DNA from: an uncultured Nitrososphaerota archaeon
GTDB taxonomy: Archaea > Thermoproteota > Nitrososphaeria > Conexivisphaerales > DTJL01
Assembly (NCBI GenBank): GCA_963842885.1
Contig: CAWJIE010000005.1
Span: 224,001 to 288,000 of the forward strand
Length of the DNA: 64,000 nt
Direction: 5' to 3'
In this document: positions 39,630-50,093 of the stretch, in pieces
Layout: the number at the start of each line of letters is the position of its first letter
Numbering within the stretch: position 1 is the stretch's first letter
Notes under the pieces: generated by a model
Told to the model about the DNA's origin: nothing
Databases searched by the model: none
The model's input: the letters and a program-made list of their open reading frames with translations, nothing else
Program-made: the position numbers and the translations under genes

Positions 39630-40589
39630 GTGTTGGGCCTGCATCAATCCCATTCGTTCTTCTCTGAGCTTTCTCTGGTCTCCAGCGCAGTCGTGCTTTC
39701 TTCGCTGGCTGCCTATTCCGTGCTCGGGCGCTTCATGGGGCAATCCTATCCCCCATTGTTGGCAACTGAAGATCTATTCCTGTTCTTAGCCTTGACCATC
39801 TCGCTCCTGGGAGGGTCGCAGGGTCCCTTGGCCTATGTCGTTATGGTACCCGTTGCCCTCCTTGCATTCGCAGAGGAGCTCTTGTTCAACGGGACCCTGG
39901 TCTGGGCGGGCTTCATCTTGGCCTTCCTGGGGCTGATCTGCCTGCCTGTCTTCGCGCTATTCTTCAGGAATAGAGACGGCAATGTCTCGGCTGCGCTGGA
40001 GGTCTCCGCCCTGCTCTTTGTGACCAGGCTCGTCCTCTCTCCTTTCCCTGTTTCAATGATTCAGTCGTCCGTCGTAGTGCCAATTGTCTACACGTTGATA
40101 CTTGCTGCCCTTGTGATCTACATCTGGGTTCGGAGGTTGCCCCTGGCGGAGGTTGGCCTCACCAGGGGTTCCGGTAGGCTGCCTGTGCAGATACTAGTCG
40201 GGCTGTCAATCGGCGCGGTCCTCGGTTACGTCGAGCTCGATATCCTTCATCCTCCTCCGATCGCCATCGGGCCATCATCCCTTGTCAATGCGCTCTACGT
40301 CGTCGTGACGATGGTGGCCTTCGTTGGGTTGACCGAAGAGCTGCTCTACCGTGGGCTGGTCCTGAGCAGGCTGGCCAAGATAATGCCGAGGTGGCAGGCC
40401 GTCCACATCACGGCCGTCCTCTTTGCCCTCTTCAACATCGGCTGGTTCAGCCCCCTGGAGGTCATCTTCGCTTACGGGGCCGGAGTGGTCTTCGGCTACC
40501 TGATGCTCAGGTACAACAGCATCGCGGCTCCCATCACCGCCCACGGCTTCTGCAACGTCGTCCTCTACCTCCTGACGCTTTCCCTGTGA
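39630..40589 (+). CDS. CPBP (Abi/CAAX) intramembrane glutamic protease family
   Basis: EELLYRG, LFALFN (His replaced by Asn), AHGFCN. Confidence 0.85.
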   Translation: MLGLHQSHSFFSELSLVSSAVVLSSLAAYSVLGRFMGQSYPPLLATEDLFLFLALTISLLGGSQGPLAYVVMVPVALLAFAEELLFNGTLVWAGFILAFLGLICLPVFALFFRNRDGNVSAALEVSALLFVTRLVLSPFPVSMIQSSVVVPIVYTLILAALVIYIWVRRLPLAEVGLTRGSGRLPVQILVGLSIGAVLGYVELDILHPPPIAIGPSSLVNALYVVVTMVAFVGLTEELLYRGLVLSRLAKIMPRWQAVHITAVLFALFNIGWFSPLEVIFAYGAGVVFGYLMLRYNSIAAPITAHGFCNVVLYLLTLSL

Positions 40590-40598
40590 CCGGTCCTC

Positions 40599-41585
40599 TT
40601 GGGAAACGACATTAGCGTCGGCATCATCGGCCTCGGCAAGATGGGCCTTCTCCACGCCAGCATCCTGAGCGTAATGGATGGTGTGAAGGTCACTGCCCTT
40701 TGCGAGAAGAGCACCCTCATCTCCAGGTTTGCCAGGAAGATCCTCCCTGAAACGTCTGTCGTCGAAGACGTGGCCCAGCTGGCAGGGAAGGGCCTCGACG
40801 TCGTATTCGTCACCACCCCCATTCCCACTCACTTCCCGATAATCCAAGAAGTCTACTCGCGGCAGATCGTCAAGCACGTATTTGTGGAGAAGACACTCGC
40901 CTCGAACCGCAGGGAATCCGGCGAACTGTGCTCGCTCGCCGAGCACGCATCTGGAATTACCATGGTGGGATACCAGAGGAGGTTCGCCGTGACGTTCGCT
41001 AAGGCAGGGGAGTTGCTCAAGAGGGGCGCTCTTGGAGACGTCATCTCATTCGAAGCCCACGCCTATTCATCGGACTTCGCAGAAGGCGCCGGAGGGGGCA
41101 GGGGGAACGCTCGGGGAGGGGTTCTGCGGGACCTTGGCTCCCACGCCATCGACCTGGCCCTCTGGCTCTTCGGGGATTTGAAGGCAGGGCCGTCTCTCGA
41201 CCCCCTCCCTCTGTCTCCGAATGCGGCCGCACCGGTGGTCTTCGGGGCGAAGACAAGGGGAGGTCTGGAGGGTGAGTTCAAGGTTTCATGGTCAGTCCCG
41301 GGCTACAGGATGCCGGAGATCGGCATTTCCGTCGAAGGCGACCATGGTCGCCTGATGGCCAACGATGACGTGGTGGAGCTGACGCCGAAGGCAAGCCCTC
41401 CTACAAGATGGCACAGACAGGACCTCAACGACGGCGTTCCTTTCCTTCTGGGCGGACCCGAGTACTACCGCCAAGACGAGGAGATGGTCCGCTGCCTTCG
41501 AGAGGGTCGCTCGCCGGAGGACTCCTTCAGCTCGGCCTCGAAGACAGATCGCATTATTGGCGATGCGGAGGGGTTCTTGACATGA
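40599..41585 (+). CDS. Gfo/Idh/MocA oxidoreductase
   Basis: GLGKMGLLH, FVEKTL, GGVLRDLGSHAID. Confidence 0.88.
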   Translation: MGNDISVGIIGLGKMGLLHASILSVMDGVKVTALCEKSTLISRFARKILPETSVVEDVAQLAGKGLDVVFVTTPIPTHFPIIQEVYSRQIVKHVFVEKTLASNRRESGELCSLAEHASGITMVGYQRRFAVTFAKAGELLKRGALGDVISFEAHAYSSDFAEGAGGGRGNARGGVLRDLGSHAIDLALWLFGDLKAGPSLDPLPLSPNAAAPVVFGAKTRGGLEGEFKVSWSVPGYRMPEIGISVEGDHGRLMANDDVVELTPKASPPTRWHRQDLNDGVPFLLGGPEYYRQDEEMVRCLREGRSPEDSFSSASKTDRIIGDAEGFLT

Positions 41586-42520
41586 CCCCTGAGGGAAGGT
41601 TCGTACTTGTGGGAGACAACGCCTTCCACGGCATCAGCCATCTATCTCAGGAGAGGGCGCGAGCTAGGGGAGAAGGCATCCTCGACCCAAGGAAGGCCGC
41701 ACAGCTGGTGCAGATCTCGCTGGAGAACGGAGCCGAAGGTTTCATGTTCTCCGTCAGCCCCACCACTCTCGCGATTCTCAGGGAGATCAGGGGCCATGAC
41801 TCGACTTCGGCATTCTCGCTCTATCCCATTGTGCCATATGCCTACGAATACGTCTCAAGGTCGACTCGGTCGGGGGGGATTGCTGGGATGGCAAGGAGCT
41901 TCCTATCGGAGACGTTCTATTCGGGGAACCTCTGCGCCATCTCGAAGAGCATCAGCGGGGTGCTTGCCACGAACCCTGCGAACCTATTGGAGGCTTATGT
42001 CCGGTACGAAATCTCCAGGGTGCGGACGGCGGCCGGCAAGAAGGCGGTCATCAAATCGATTCTCCTTCATGAGGTAGTCATCGACATGGCTTTGGCTCTG
42101 GACCTTCGATGGCTCTTCGAATCCCACCTCAGGTTCTCCGAGAAGCTGGGGATGAGGGCCGGCTTCGAGACTCGCAACTTCGCATATCTGGTGAGGAAGC
42201 TCAGGCAGTGGAGCATCCCCTTGGACAAGGTCACGATAGCGGCGCCCTTCAATGTGGCGGGCTTCCTGATGACGCCATCGAAGGAGGTCTGCGAGCAGTC
42301 ACTCCGGGAGGCCAAAGGGGCCACTGTAATCGCCATGAGCATCCTGGCAGCGGGCTATCTCAAGCTCCCTGAAGCCATGTCGTATGTCTCCGGACTGCCG
42401 AACCTAGGAGGGGCTGTGGCTGGAGTCTCGAACGAGGCTCAGGCCCTTGAGACCTTCAGGTCGCTGAACGAAAAGTTCGCTCTTTCAACAGCAACGGGCG
42501 GCGTGCCCTTACAACATTGA
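41582..42520 (+). CDS. Conserved hypothetical protein (possible aldo/keto-reductase-like barrel)
   Basis: LVGDNAFHGISHLSQERAR, PYAYEY, PFNVAGFLM, IAMSILAAG; overlaps the Gfo stop codon. Confidence 0.65.
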   Translation: MTPEGRFVLVGDNAFHGISHLSQERARARGEGILDPRKAAQLVQISLENGAEGFMFSVSPTTLAILREIRGHDSTSAFSLYPIVPYAYEYVSRSTRSGGIAGMARSFLSETFYSGNLCAISKSISGVLATNPANLLEAYVRYEISRVRTAAGKKAVIKSILLHEVVIDMALALDLRWLFESHLRFSEKLGMRAGFETRNFAYLVRKLRQWSIPLDKVTIAAPFNVAGFLMTPSKEVCEQSLREAKGATVIAMSILAAGYLKLPEAMSYVSGLPNLGGAVAGVSNEAQALETFRSLNEKFALSTATGGVPLQH

Positions 42521-43690
42521 AGGTCCTCTTCGTAAGCTAGGGAGTATCCGCCCTTCGAAGTGGGAGGGGTGGCTCGCCACACATTCAACCTTGTGGGGCA
42601 CCTGAAAAAGCTGGGTGTTGAATGCGAAGTGGTGTCCTTCGGTGACCCCCTACAATCCAACGACGGAGTGAGGTTCATTCGTCCTAGGAGCTCCATCATC
42701 AGCCGGGGAAGACGGCCGGTGTACCTAGACTTCCAGGTGCCGTTCGACATAGTCCGTTTCACCTCAATGGTCAACCGTCTCATCGAGCGGGAGGGGTTCG
42801 ATGTCGTGCATGTCGAGGAGCCTTATGTGGGCTCCTTTGTCACCCATGGGAGGAAGGTGACCACAATACATGATACCAGCTACGGCGAGCTGAGGTCCAT
42901 CCTTAACGCGCCTGCAGGCCTGACCGACTTCAGGCGCGCCATCTTCTACATTTACCTTGGATTCCTGTTCGAAAGGGAGTCCGGAAGGAACAGCAGGGCC
43001 ATCATCGTCCCTTCTGCCCAGATGAAGTCTGAACTGGTTGTCAAGTACGGCTTCGATGCCGGGAGGATCAGGGTAATACGGAATGGCGTCGTCCTCCCGC
43101 CTCTGAGCTCGCTCACCAGGGAAGAGGCGAAGCGCAAGCTGGGCCTCCCCAACGTTCCCCTTGTGTTCTCAGCGTCTCAGCACGTCGCCAGGAAGCGCCT
43201 CGAGACCCTGATAGAAGCCGCGAAGCTGTTGAGGGAGGACAACATCATCTTTCGGGTAGCCGTCGCCGGGGATGGCCCCCTCAGGCAGAAGCTGATCAGC
43301 CTATCGGAATCGTATGGTCTCAACGGCTTCGTTTCATTCCCCGGCTGGGTCCCGCAGGAGGAGCTGGACTTGTATTATAGAGCAGCCGACATCTTCGTGC
43401 TCACCTCAGAGTACGAGGCCGGACCTATCACGATGCTGGAGGCGATGTCCAACGGCGCGACCGTCGTGAGCACGAAGATCGGAGGCTTCGCGGCCTGCAT
43501 CCAGGACGGCATAGACGGCCTCCTCTATCCGGTGGGAGACTGCAGGGCCCTTTCCTCAAGCCTAGAGAGGGCGCTCCGTGATCAGGACTTCCTCCGGAGG
43601 TCTTCCTCCTTGGGGAGGGCGTTCGCCGAGAGGTTCGACTGGGGGCGCGTGGCCGAGGACACTCTTTCCCTGTACAAGGAGATAGCCTGA
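42517..43690 (+). CDS. Glycosyltransferase family 4; frameshift near 42538
   Basis: MKVLFVS-REYPPFEVGGV, RNGV, YEAGPITMLEAM. Confidence 0.87.
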
Positions 43691-44782
43691 ATGGAGACGC
43701 TCCGAATAGTGCAGGTGACCCACTCCTTCCCGCCTTACTATGGAGGCCTCTCCCATGTGTCAGATATGATTTCCAAGAACTTGGTTAAGGAGGGGCACGA
43801 GGTGGAAGTAGTGACCCTTGACGTCGACGGGAACCTCCCCTCCCATGAGGAAGCCGACGGCGTCTCCATCAACAGGTTCAGGGGCTATGCGCCCTCAGGC
43901 GCCTACTTCGTCCCTTCGCGGAGCGCCTTCCGCCACCTGCAGTCGGTCAAGGGTGACGTCGTGCACGCCCATAACATAGGTGCTCTGCTGGCGCCCGCCT
44001 GCTGGCTGGCCATAAGGAACAGGATGGGGACGACCGCCTTCGTGATGACGCCCCATCATCACACCGCCGGGAGCCAATGGCACACGAGGCTGTTATGGAA
44101 GCCGTATTGGCCCGTGGCCAGGCGCACAGTCCGAGCGGCCGACTCCGTGCACTGCGTGTCCGACTTCGAATCAAACGTCGTCAGGAACGATTTCTCGGTA
44201 GTCCCCGTCGTCATCCCGAATGGCGTCTCTGAAGACGTCCTCCTCCACAGGTGGGAGCCGCCACGGGGCTTGGTGTTGACGTACTCTGGAAGATTGGAGC
44301 GATACAAGAGGGTGGACCGGCTGATACAGGCGGCCTACGAATTGAGCAGTCGCGGCGGCCAGGTTACGGTCAGGATCATAGGGGATGGCCCCGACCTTCG
44401 GAGGCTCGCGGCCCTCGCACACTCATTGGAAGTGAACGTGGAACGTCATCCCTTCCTGGAGAGAGAGAAGTACTTGGAAATGCTCGCTACGAGCAGCTGC
44501 TTCGTTAACCTCTCCGAATATGAGGCCTTCAGCATAGTCGTGGCGGAAGCTTTGGCCATAGGGGTTCCGGTCGTCGCCGCCCTACCCTGGGGTGAAACGT
44601 TCGGCGGGTTCGACGGGGTTCGATTGGTAGACGGGGATTCCACCTCAGACATAGCCCGGGGGGTTCAGGAACTGGTCTCAAGTGGTCGCCGCGCAGGCGC
44701 AGTCATTCCAAGCTGGCGAGACGTCGCGCGTAGACTGATAGCGGAAGCTTACAGGCCGGCCCTCGACAAGAAGGCGGCGTAG
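43691..44782 (+). CDS. Glycosyltransferase family 4
   Basis: FPPYYGGL, IPNGV, GRLERYKR, EAFSIVVAEAL. Confidence 0.9.
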   Translation: METLRIVQVTHSFPPYYGGLSHVSDMISKNLVKEGHEVEVVTLDVDGNLPSHEEADGVSINRFRGYAPSGAYFVPSRSAFRHLQSVKGDVVHAHNIGALLAPACWLAIRNRMGTTAFVMTPHHHTAGSQWHTRLLWKPYWPVARRTVRAADSVHCVSDFESNVVRNDFSVVPVVIPNGVSEDVLLHRWEPPRGLVLTYSGRLERYKRVDRLIQAAYELSSRGGQVTVRIIGDGPDLRRLAALAHSLEVNVERHPFLEREKYLEMLATSSCFVNLSEYEAFSIVVAEALAIGVPVVAALPWGETFGGFDGVRLVDGDSTSDIARGVQELVSSGRRAGAVIPSWRDVARRLIAEAYRPALDKKAA

Positions 44783-45877
44783 TTGTCCGCAAGGCCACGG
44801 GCCGCTGACGCCCTGATCGAGGTCGTGATAGACACTGCCAAGGTTGTCGCTTCAGGTGATGCGACGGAGGGGTTGCGCGAGGTTTGGTTCTCGGGCCTGT
44901 CCTCGGTTCCTCCGAGCAGGTCGGACGCGCTCGCCCGGCTGATAAACGAGAATCGCCTGACCTTGCCAGCCTTCCGTCTGCTCGAAGGAGATGAGTCAGG
45001 CATTTCAAGGGCCCTGAGACGGGCCCTGGACCCCACTGTCAGACAGCTGAAGAACGCAAGGGAGGACAGGGACAGGCAGCTGAGGAAGTTGGTGGACGCG
45101 TTGACCAAGTATGGCATCGACTACGTGATCTTCAAGACCTTCAACAGAACAGGCTGGGTCGGCGTCGACTTGGATGTGCTAATCGCAAAGGAGAACTATC
45201 AGGACTGCGTCAAGGGCCTTCTCGCGGAAGGCTATTACTCGATCGACGACCTTTCCAAGCAATACGCGACGGGCTTCATGTCGAAAGGTAACCCGGTGAT
45301 CGTTGACCTGCATACTCAACTCGCCCTCCTCGGAATCCCGTACTTCTCCTCAGAAGTGCTTCTAGCGGATGTCGAAAGAACGAACACTGAGGTGCTTGAC
45401 GGCTGCGCGAGTGTCGAATTCGATCAGCTGGGCGGGACCACAGAAGCCGCAGTGAGGATGGCGCACGCCGTGATTAAGGAGGGCGTCGTGACAGCTGGAG
45501 AGGTGGCGGAGGTGCTCCCTGATGTGGTTCGAGGGGGCGTTTCCGAGCTTATCGCCAGGGAGAACCTTCAGCTGGCAAGTTCGGTCTTCGGCTACGCCGC
45601 AAAAGGGACCATGGGCGAGAAGGGATTCGGCGGTATCGTGGCATTCAACGAGAGCGCCATCCACGTTCTTGCAAAGGGAATGCTGGACGAGTCGCTGAAG
45701 CGACCCAGCCTCCCTTGCAGGATACCTGCAAATGTCAGCGTGCTTTCCCTTCTTGATCGTCTGCAGGCGGAGGGCGAGTTGAGCATCTCCCTCCCGACTC
45801 TCATGCGTAACCTCACTTTCAGAAGGAACGCGGCCTATCTGGGTCACACTTTGTTGGAACGCCTTGGCATCAGCTAG
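44783..45877 (+). CDS. Nucleotidyltransferase family protein (NTP_transf_5-like)
   Basis: GIDYVIFK..DLDVLI..VDLH..H pattern. Confidence 0.75.
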   Translation: MSARPRAADALIEVVIDTAKVVASGDATEGLREVWFSGLSSVPPSRSDALARLINENRLTLPAFRLLEGDESGISRALRRALDPTVRQLKNAREDRDRQLRKLVDALTKYGIDYVIFKTFNRTGWVGVDLDVLIAKENYQDCVKGLLAEGYYSIDDLSKQYATGFMSKGNPVIVDLHTQLALLGIPYFSSEVLLADVERTNTEVLDGCASVEFDQLGGTTEAAVRMAHAVIKEGVVTAGEVAEVLPDVVRGGVSELIARENLQLASSVFGYAAKGTMGEKGFGGIVAFNESAIHVLAKGMLDESLKRPSLPCRIPANVSVLSLLDRLQAEGELSISLPTLMRNLTFRRNAAYLGHTLLERLGIS

Positions 45878-46733
45878 CATAGCGGTACTCACTCCTGCCT
45901 TTAATGAGAGAAGTAGTTTGCAGGCGATGATCTACAGCCTGGCCCGCCAGACCATCAGGCCAGACAGGGTACTGATTTGTGACAACGGGTCCATTGATGG
46001 CAGCGCCGAGTCGGCAGAGGAGGCCTTACAAAGGGCAGGACTCTCACACGAAATCATATCGCTTCCGAGGATTCCGGCAATGGGAAAGTGGAACATAAAC
46101 ATCGCTTACTGGTCGCTTGCCGAGGCTTTGGTCAAGGCGGGGATTTCGCCTGACTTCGTGGCCACGATTGAGGCAGACGTTACCTTGGAGCCGCTTTACT
46201 TCGAAAAGCTTGTCAAATGCTTCAGTGATGACCCCCTCCTTGGCATAGCTGGCGGCAGGCTGGAGCCCATGGGGCTTCTGAAAGGAAGTTACCCGCTGGG
46301 GAAAGGCGGTGTCATGGTCTGGGGGGCAAATCGGATGTATTCCTTCAAATGCTGGCTAGAACTCACCAACGCGGTCGACCTAAGGTACCTGCCGATGTGG
46401 GATACCGACCATGTCGTCCTTGCTGCGATTCGCGGATACCACGTCCTAGCAAGTGGTATCGCCACCGCCAGAGCCTCTCGTGCTGTCAGCACTTCGAGGG
46501 GGAGACCCAAAGGTATGGTGGACGCTGCCCATGGGCTACCTTTATGGTGGGCAGCATTCAAGACTCTGCAGTACAAGGACCCTGCCTATCTGGTAGAATT
46601 CGGTGCGCGAAGGCTCTCAGCCGGAAGCAGACAGCTGTATATGTCGAACGAATGCTTGAAAGCCTTGGGCTTGGTCTATAACAGAGCCGCCGTACAGGTC
46701 TTGAGGAATACGCTGAGAGGTCGCCCTAATTGA
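45864..46733 (+). CDS. Glycosyltransferase family 2
   Basis: TPAFNE, CDNGSID, EAD, LGIAGG, WD. Confidence 0.85.
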   Translation: MASASIAVLTPAFNERSSLQAMIYSLARQTIRPDRVLICDNGSIDGSAESAEEALQRAGLSHEIISLPRIPAMGKWNINIAYWSLAEALVKAGISPDFVATIEADVTLEPLYFEKLVKCFSDDPLLGIAGGRLEPMGLLKGSYPLGKGGVMVWGANRMYSFKCWLELTNAVDLRYLPMWDTDHVVLAAIRGYHVLASGIATARASRAVSTSRGRPKGMVDAAHGLPLWWAAFKTLQYKDPAYLVEFGARRLSAGSRQLYMSNECLKALGLVYNRAAVQVLRNTLRGRPN

Positions 46734-48559
46734 ACATCCCATCTGGCGCGTTGAGTATCATCCCCACACCAGGCAGGACCTTTACCGAAAACCTGATCTT
46801 TTACACCTTAATCCTGGCGGCTTTGTTTACGGTTTTGATTCTGCTTAGCTTTCGAAGCCGGAAGGATGCAATAGACCGAAGAAAATTGGGTAAAGTCGTC
46901 GGTGCAGTCCTCGCTGCGGTCGTGACGGTCACACCGTTTGTCGCGATGTTTTCGGTACAGCCATTCGCGAGGCCGGACGCCTTCTTTGTTTTGCAGGGCT
47001 CGGTATGTGGCCTGCTAGCCCTCTATCTTGCCTTGGGGAGAGCGAATCGGAATCTGGTCGCCTACGCCCTAGTCGTTTCCGCCATCTCGATGACGGTCAC
47101 AGTCTATCTGCAGAATGGTTTCTATCCGCTAAGCAACATTCAGGACGACGCCCTCTATCAGACTGGAAACATCGCCTCATTCCAGCAGGCCTCGGCGCAG
47201 GGAGGATTCTACTACTACGTGCCCATTGGAGACCTACTTCTGGTGCCCCTCTACATGGTTAGCGGAATAAACCTGGGATTGCCCATTGTCGAAAGCGTGG
47301 TGACTCTGGCAGTCACGATGTTGAGCCTGCTGTTGCTGTCGAGGAGGTTCGGTTTTGAAAAGGCAGCCCCAGCGGCCATGCTGATACTTTCAACACCTCA
47401 GCTTTCGTTTCTTGTCGGTAGAACTCTATCGATTCCGTACGCCATGTTGACTTTGCTGTTGGTTTCGATACTGGCGACGAAGCCGGCCTGGAGGCAGACA
47501 GTGGGCCTCCTGGGGATAGTCATCCTTGTGATGGTCTTTGCCCATCCGGTGGGCCCTATTGCACTGATAGCCGCATTCGTAGTCCTGGGTGCGATAATAA
47601 CGTTGACCAGGAGCAGCCAGCTCGAATTGTCGTCATCCGTGGGGCCGACGCTTAGATTGCTTTTAGTCATAACGGCAGGGTATTGGTTCATGACCTACAT
47701 TTACACGCTGATAGTTACAAAGGCCGCTCACATCTACGACTCCACTGGAAGCTTCATCGCGGGCCTGATTGGCGGCAACTCAAAGTTGGTCTCGGGCAGC
47801 ACCATTCCCACAGCCCTTGCCCCTGGCTACTCCCAACCAGCATTCTGGGAGTTCGCCTACGCCTGGGCTGCCCCGGTAGCGATCGGGATGGCGCTTCTGC
47901 TTGTCTGGTTTGTGACTCGGGTATTATTAGGCCGGACCAGGGGAGGTAAGAGAGCTGGCTTCTCCATCTTCTCTTCGACCTTCGGGCTCATAGCGATTTC
48001 TTCATGCATCGCCGCCTTCGTTCTTCTTGGCAGCTCGTTCGCAGCTTATGCGTTTGGTAGCGAGTCAGGCCAGTATGCGATTCCATGTGCCTACTTGCTG
48101 TTGCTGTTGCCTTCAGCTCTCGTCATCCACCAGCTGCTGGACAGCAAGAAAGTGGGGGTCATATTGATCACCGCGGTGATCTTGTCCTCTGTGATATGCA
48201 TTGGAACATTCAGCCCGGATTGGGCCCCCTTGGAGCACCAGGATTTCGGGGTCGAAGCCACCATCCCTAGTAGGAGCATCTGCGTGCAGGCGAATGACAT
48301 CGGCGCCTTGGTGGGGCAGGGGTTCTCGACCATCTACCTTGACTACGATTTGGCTGCGGCTGCAGCTGTCCCGAGCTACAAGAACGTCAGGACCGTCCTG
48401 ACCTCCGTCTTCGCAGGCAGCTCCATTCTTGGCGATTACAACAACTCTCTGTTCGTGCTGAGAACTGACAGGTTGGCTAATTCAGCAGTGGACACGCAAT
48501 CGCAAGTGCTAGACGTTGTGTACAACTCTCAGAGTCATATCGCTTTCTATGTGGGTTGA
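46730..48559 (+). CDS. Polytopic membrane protein (possible polymerase/GT-C)
   Basis: About 13 TM segments with extracellular loops (QDD, YYYVP), within the glycan locus. Confidence 0.6.
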   Translation: MNIPSGALSIIPTPGRTFTENLIFYTLILAALFTVLILLSFRSRKDAIDRRKLGKVVGAVLAAVVTVTPFVAMFSVQPFARPDAFFVLQGSVCGLLALYLALGRANRNLVAYALVVSAISMTVTVYLQNGFYPLSNIQDDALYQTGNIASFQQASAQGGFYYYVPIGDLLLVPLYMVSGINLGLPIVESVVTLAVTMLSLLLLSRRFGFEKAAPAAMLILSTPQLSFLVGRTLSIPYAMLTLLLVSILATKPAWRQTVGLLGIVILVMVFAHPVGPIALIAAFVVLGAIITLTRSSQLELSSSVGPTLRLLLVITAGYWFMTYIYTLIVTKAAHIYDSTGSFIAGLIGGNSKLVSGSTIPTALAPGYSQPAFWEFAYAWAAPVAIGMALLLVWFVTRVLLGRTRGGKRAGFSIFSSTFGLIAISSCIAAFVLLGSSFAAYAFGSESGQYAIPCAYLLLLLPSALVIHQLLDSKKVGVILITAVILSSVICIGTFSPDWAPLEHQDFGVEATIPSRSICVQANDIGALVGQGFSTIYLDYDLAAAAAVPSYKNVRTVLTSVFAGSSILGDYNNSLFVLRTDRLANSAVDTQSQVLDVVYNSQSHIAFYVG

Positions 48560-48803
48560 AGGATTGAAGCCAGACCTTGGCAACCACCTAACGGCCTTTG
48601 GCGAGTTCTGGGGGGCATGGAACTACCGTAACGATTGCCTCCCCGATAGGATTCTCGGAAACGAGCGCCTGATTCGTAATCGGCTCAAATTGAGAGAGAT
48701 ATCGGGTCTGGGAGAAGACATTCCACATCTGTGCGCCGCAACGAGGATCTGCTTGGCAGGAAAGACCTCCCCCTAAGACGTTACCTACGGTGGAAGAAGC
48801 CAA

Positions 48804-49925
48804 TTGTTCGTGAAAAATGGAACCTCTGGGAATGGGATCTTGACGGCCAAGCCCGAGACCCCAGGAGACTCCATCGAAAGGTACCCGAGAGTCTGCATAG
48901 TCGTGGTCACCTATCTCGTAGGTCACATCCTCAGGAACGTACTTGGCGCCATCTCTGAATTGGATTACCCTAAGGAGAAGATGCGTCTGATCTTGGTTGC
49001 ATCTCCTGAGGACAACAATGCGAGGGAATGCTTCAACTGGTTCAAGGCCAGCCAGGATCGATTGGAGGCGGATTTCTTGGTAATCAGCATCAACTCGGCC
49101 GATTTGAAGCGAAACGAGGGAATACGGGCGAGCGAATGCGAGTATGTCTTGGTTATGGATGACGACGTTCTCATTAACAGTCTCATACTGAGTCACCTTT
49201 TGGAGCTCGTTCAACTCGACGAGCTAACGGCTGCGGTTGCATCACCAGCGATTGACGATGCCCCAACTCTTGCTGGTCGACTTCACTTCGGTCGGTTTGA
49301 CGGCAGAATCGCTGGCGCGTACACCGTTATGCCATGCACTCTATTCAGAAGAAGCCTCGTGACAAGATGTGGCCTGTATCGCGAAGATATGGGACCTCCG
49401 TTCACCATCCACGAGGATTGGGAATTGGGGTCTAGGCTCCGTAGGGAAGGCTTCAAGGTTTTGGTGGATGGGAGAGTGATGTCGAAACATCTGCACCAAC
49501 TCTCTGGCAGGAAACCTTCGGCCGTCCCCAAGTCAGGTGGGTCCGCACAAAGCCAAGCGAGAGGAAGTGGGCACCATAGGATTCGCAAGTACGTCTCGGA
49601 GTATCTGCACAAGAATTGGTGGAGCATGTGGCAAGTCATGAAAGTCAGCCCCATCGCACAGACCCTTGAGTACGTTGGTTATGCGCTTGTGCCGGCGCTG
49701 CTTCTTTTGCTGGTCATTCTTGACTTCGGGCTTGGCTTGTTGTCGGTTGCCTTGTCCTTGGCTGCCATTTCCCTTTATGCCCTTGCGAAGGGGTATTACC
49801 GGACGTACGCGATGAAGAGGCGCATTTCATATCCCCTTATCCTTACCTGGATACGGGTCTTTCGAACTTATCTTCTAATACTGGGGCTTGTCGTGAATTC
49901 GCGGCATCTAGACAAGAGGCCATGA
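48804..49925 (+). CDS. Glycosyltransferase family 2 with C-terminal TMs
   Basis: LDYPK, KRNEG, MDDD, HEDWELG. Confidence 0.85.
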   Translation: MFVKNGTSGNGILTAKPETPGDSIERYPRVCIVVVTYLVGHILRNVLGAISELDYPKEKMRLILVASPEDNNARECFNWFKASQDRLEADFLVISINSADLKRNEGIRASECEYVLVMDDDVLINSLILSHLLELVQLDELTAAVASPAIDDAPTLAGRLHFGRFDGRIAGAYTVMPCTLFRRSLVTRCGLYREDMGPPFTIHEDWELGSRLRREGFKVLVDGRVMSKHLHQLSGRKPSAVPKSGGSAQSQARGSGHHRIRKYVSEYLHKNWWSMWQVMKVSPIAQTLEYVGYALVPALLLLLVILDFGLGLLSVALSLAAISLYALAKGYYRTYAMKRRISYPLILTWIRVFRTYLLILGLVVNSRHLDKRP

Positions 49926-50093
49926 TCCTGCCCAGCTCTCATTGGCCGTGCGGGCATTGGGGAAAAAAGTGCATAGGGGATTGTTTTGGGCCGATTGTGT
50001 TGGAAGCCCTTTGAGGACTCCAACCAGGAAGGCAACGTCGTATGGCAGGCATCCGGGCTCGCGAGTCCAACCGGTCATGCGGGCGGAACCGTG

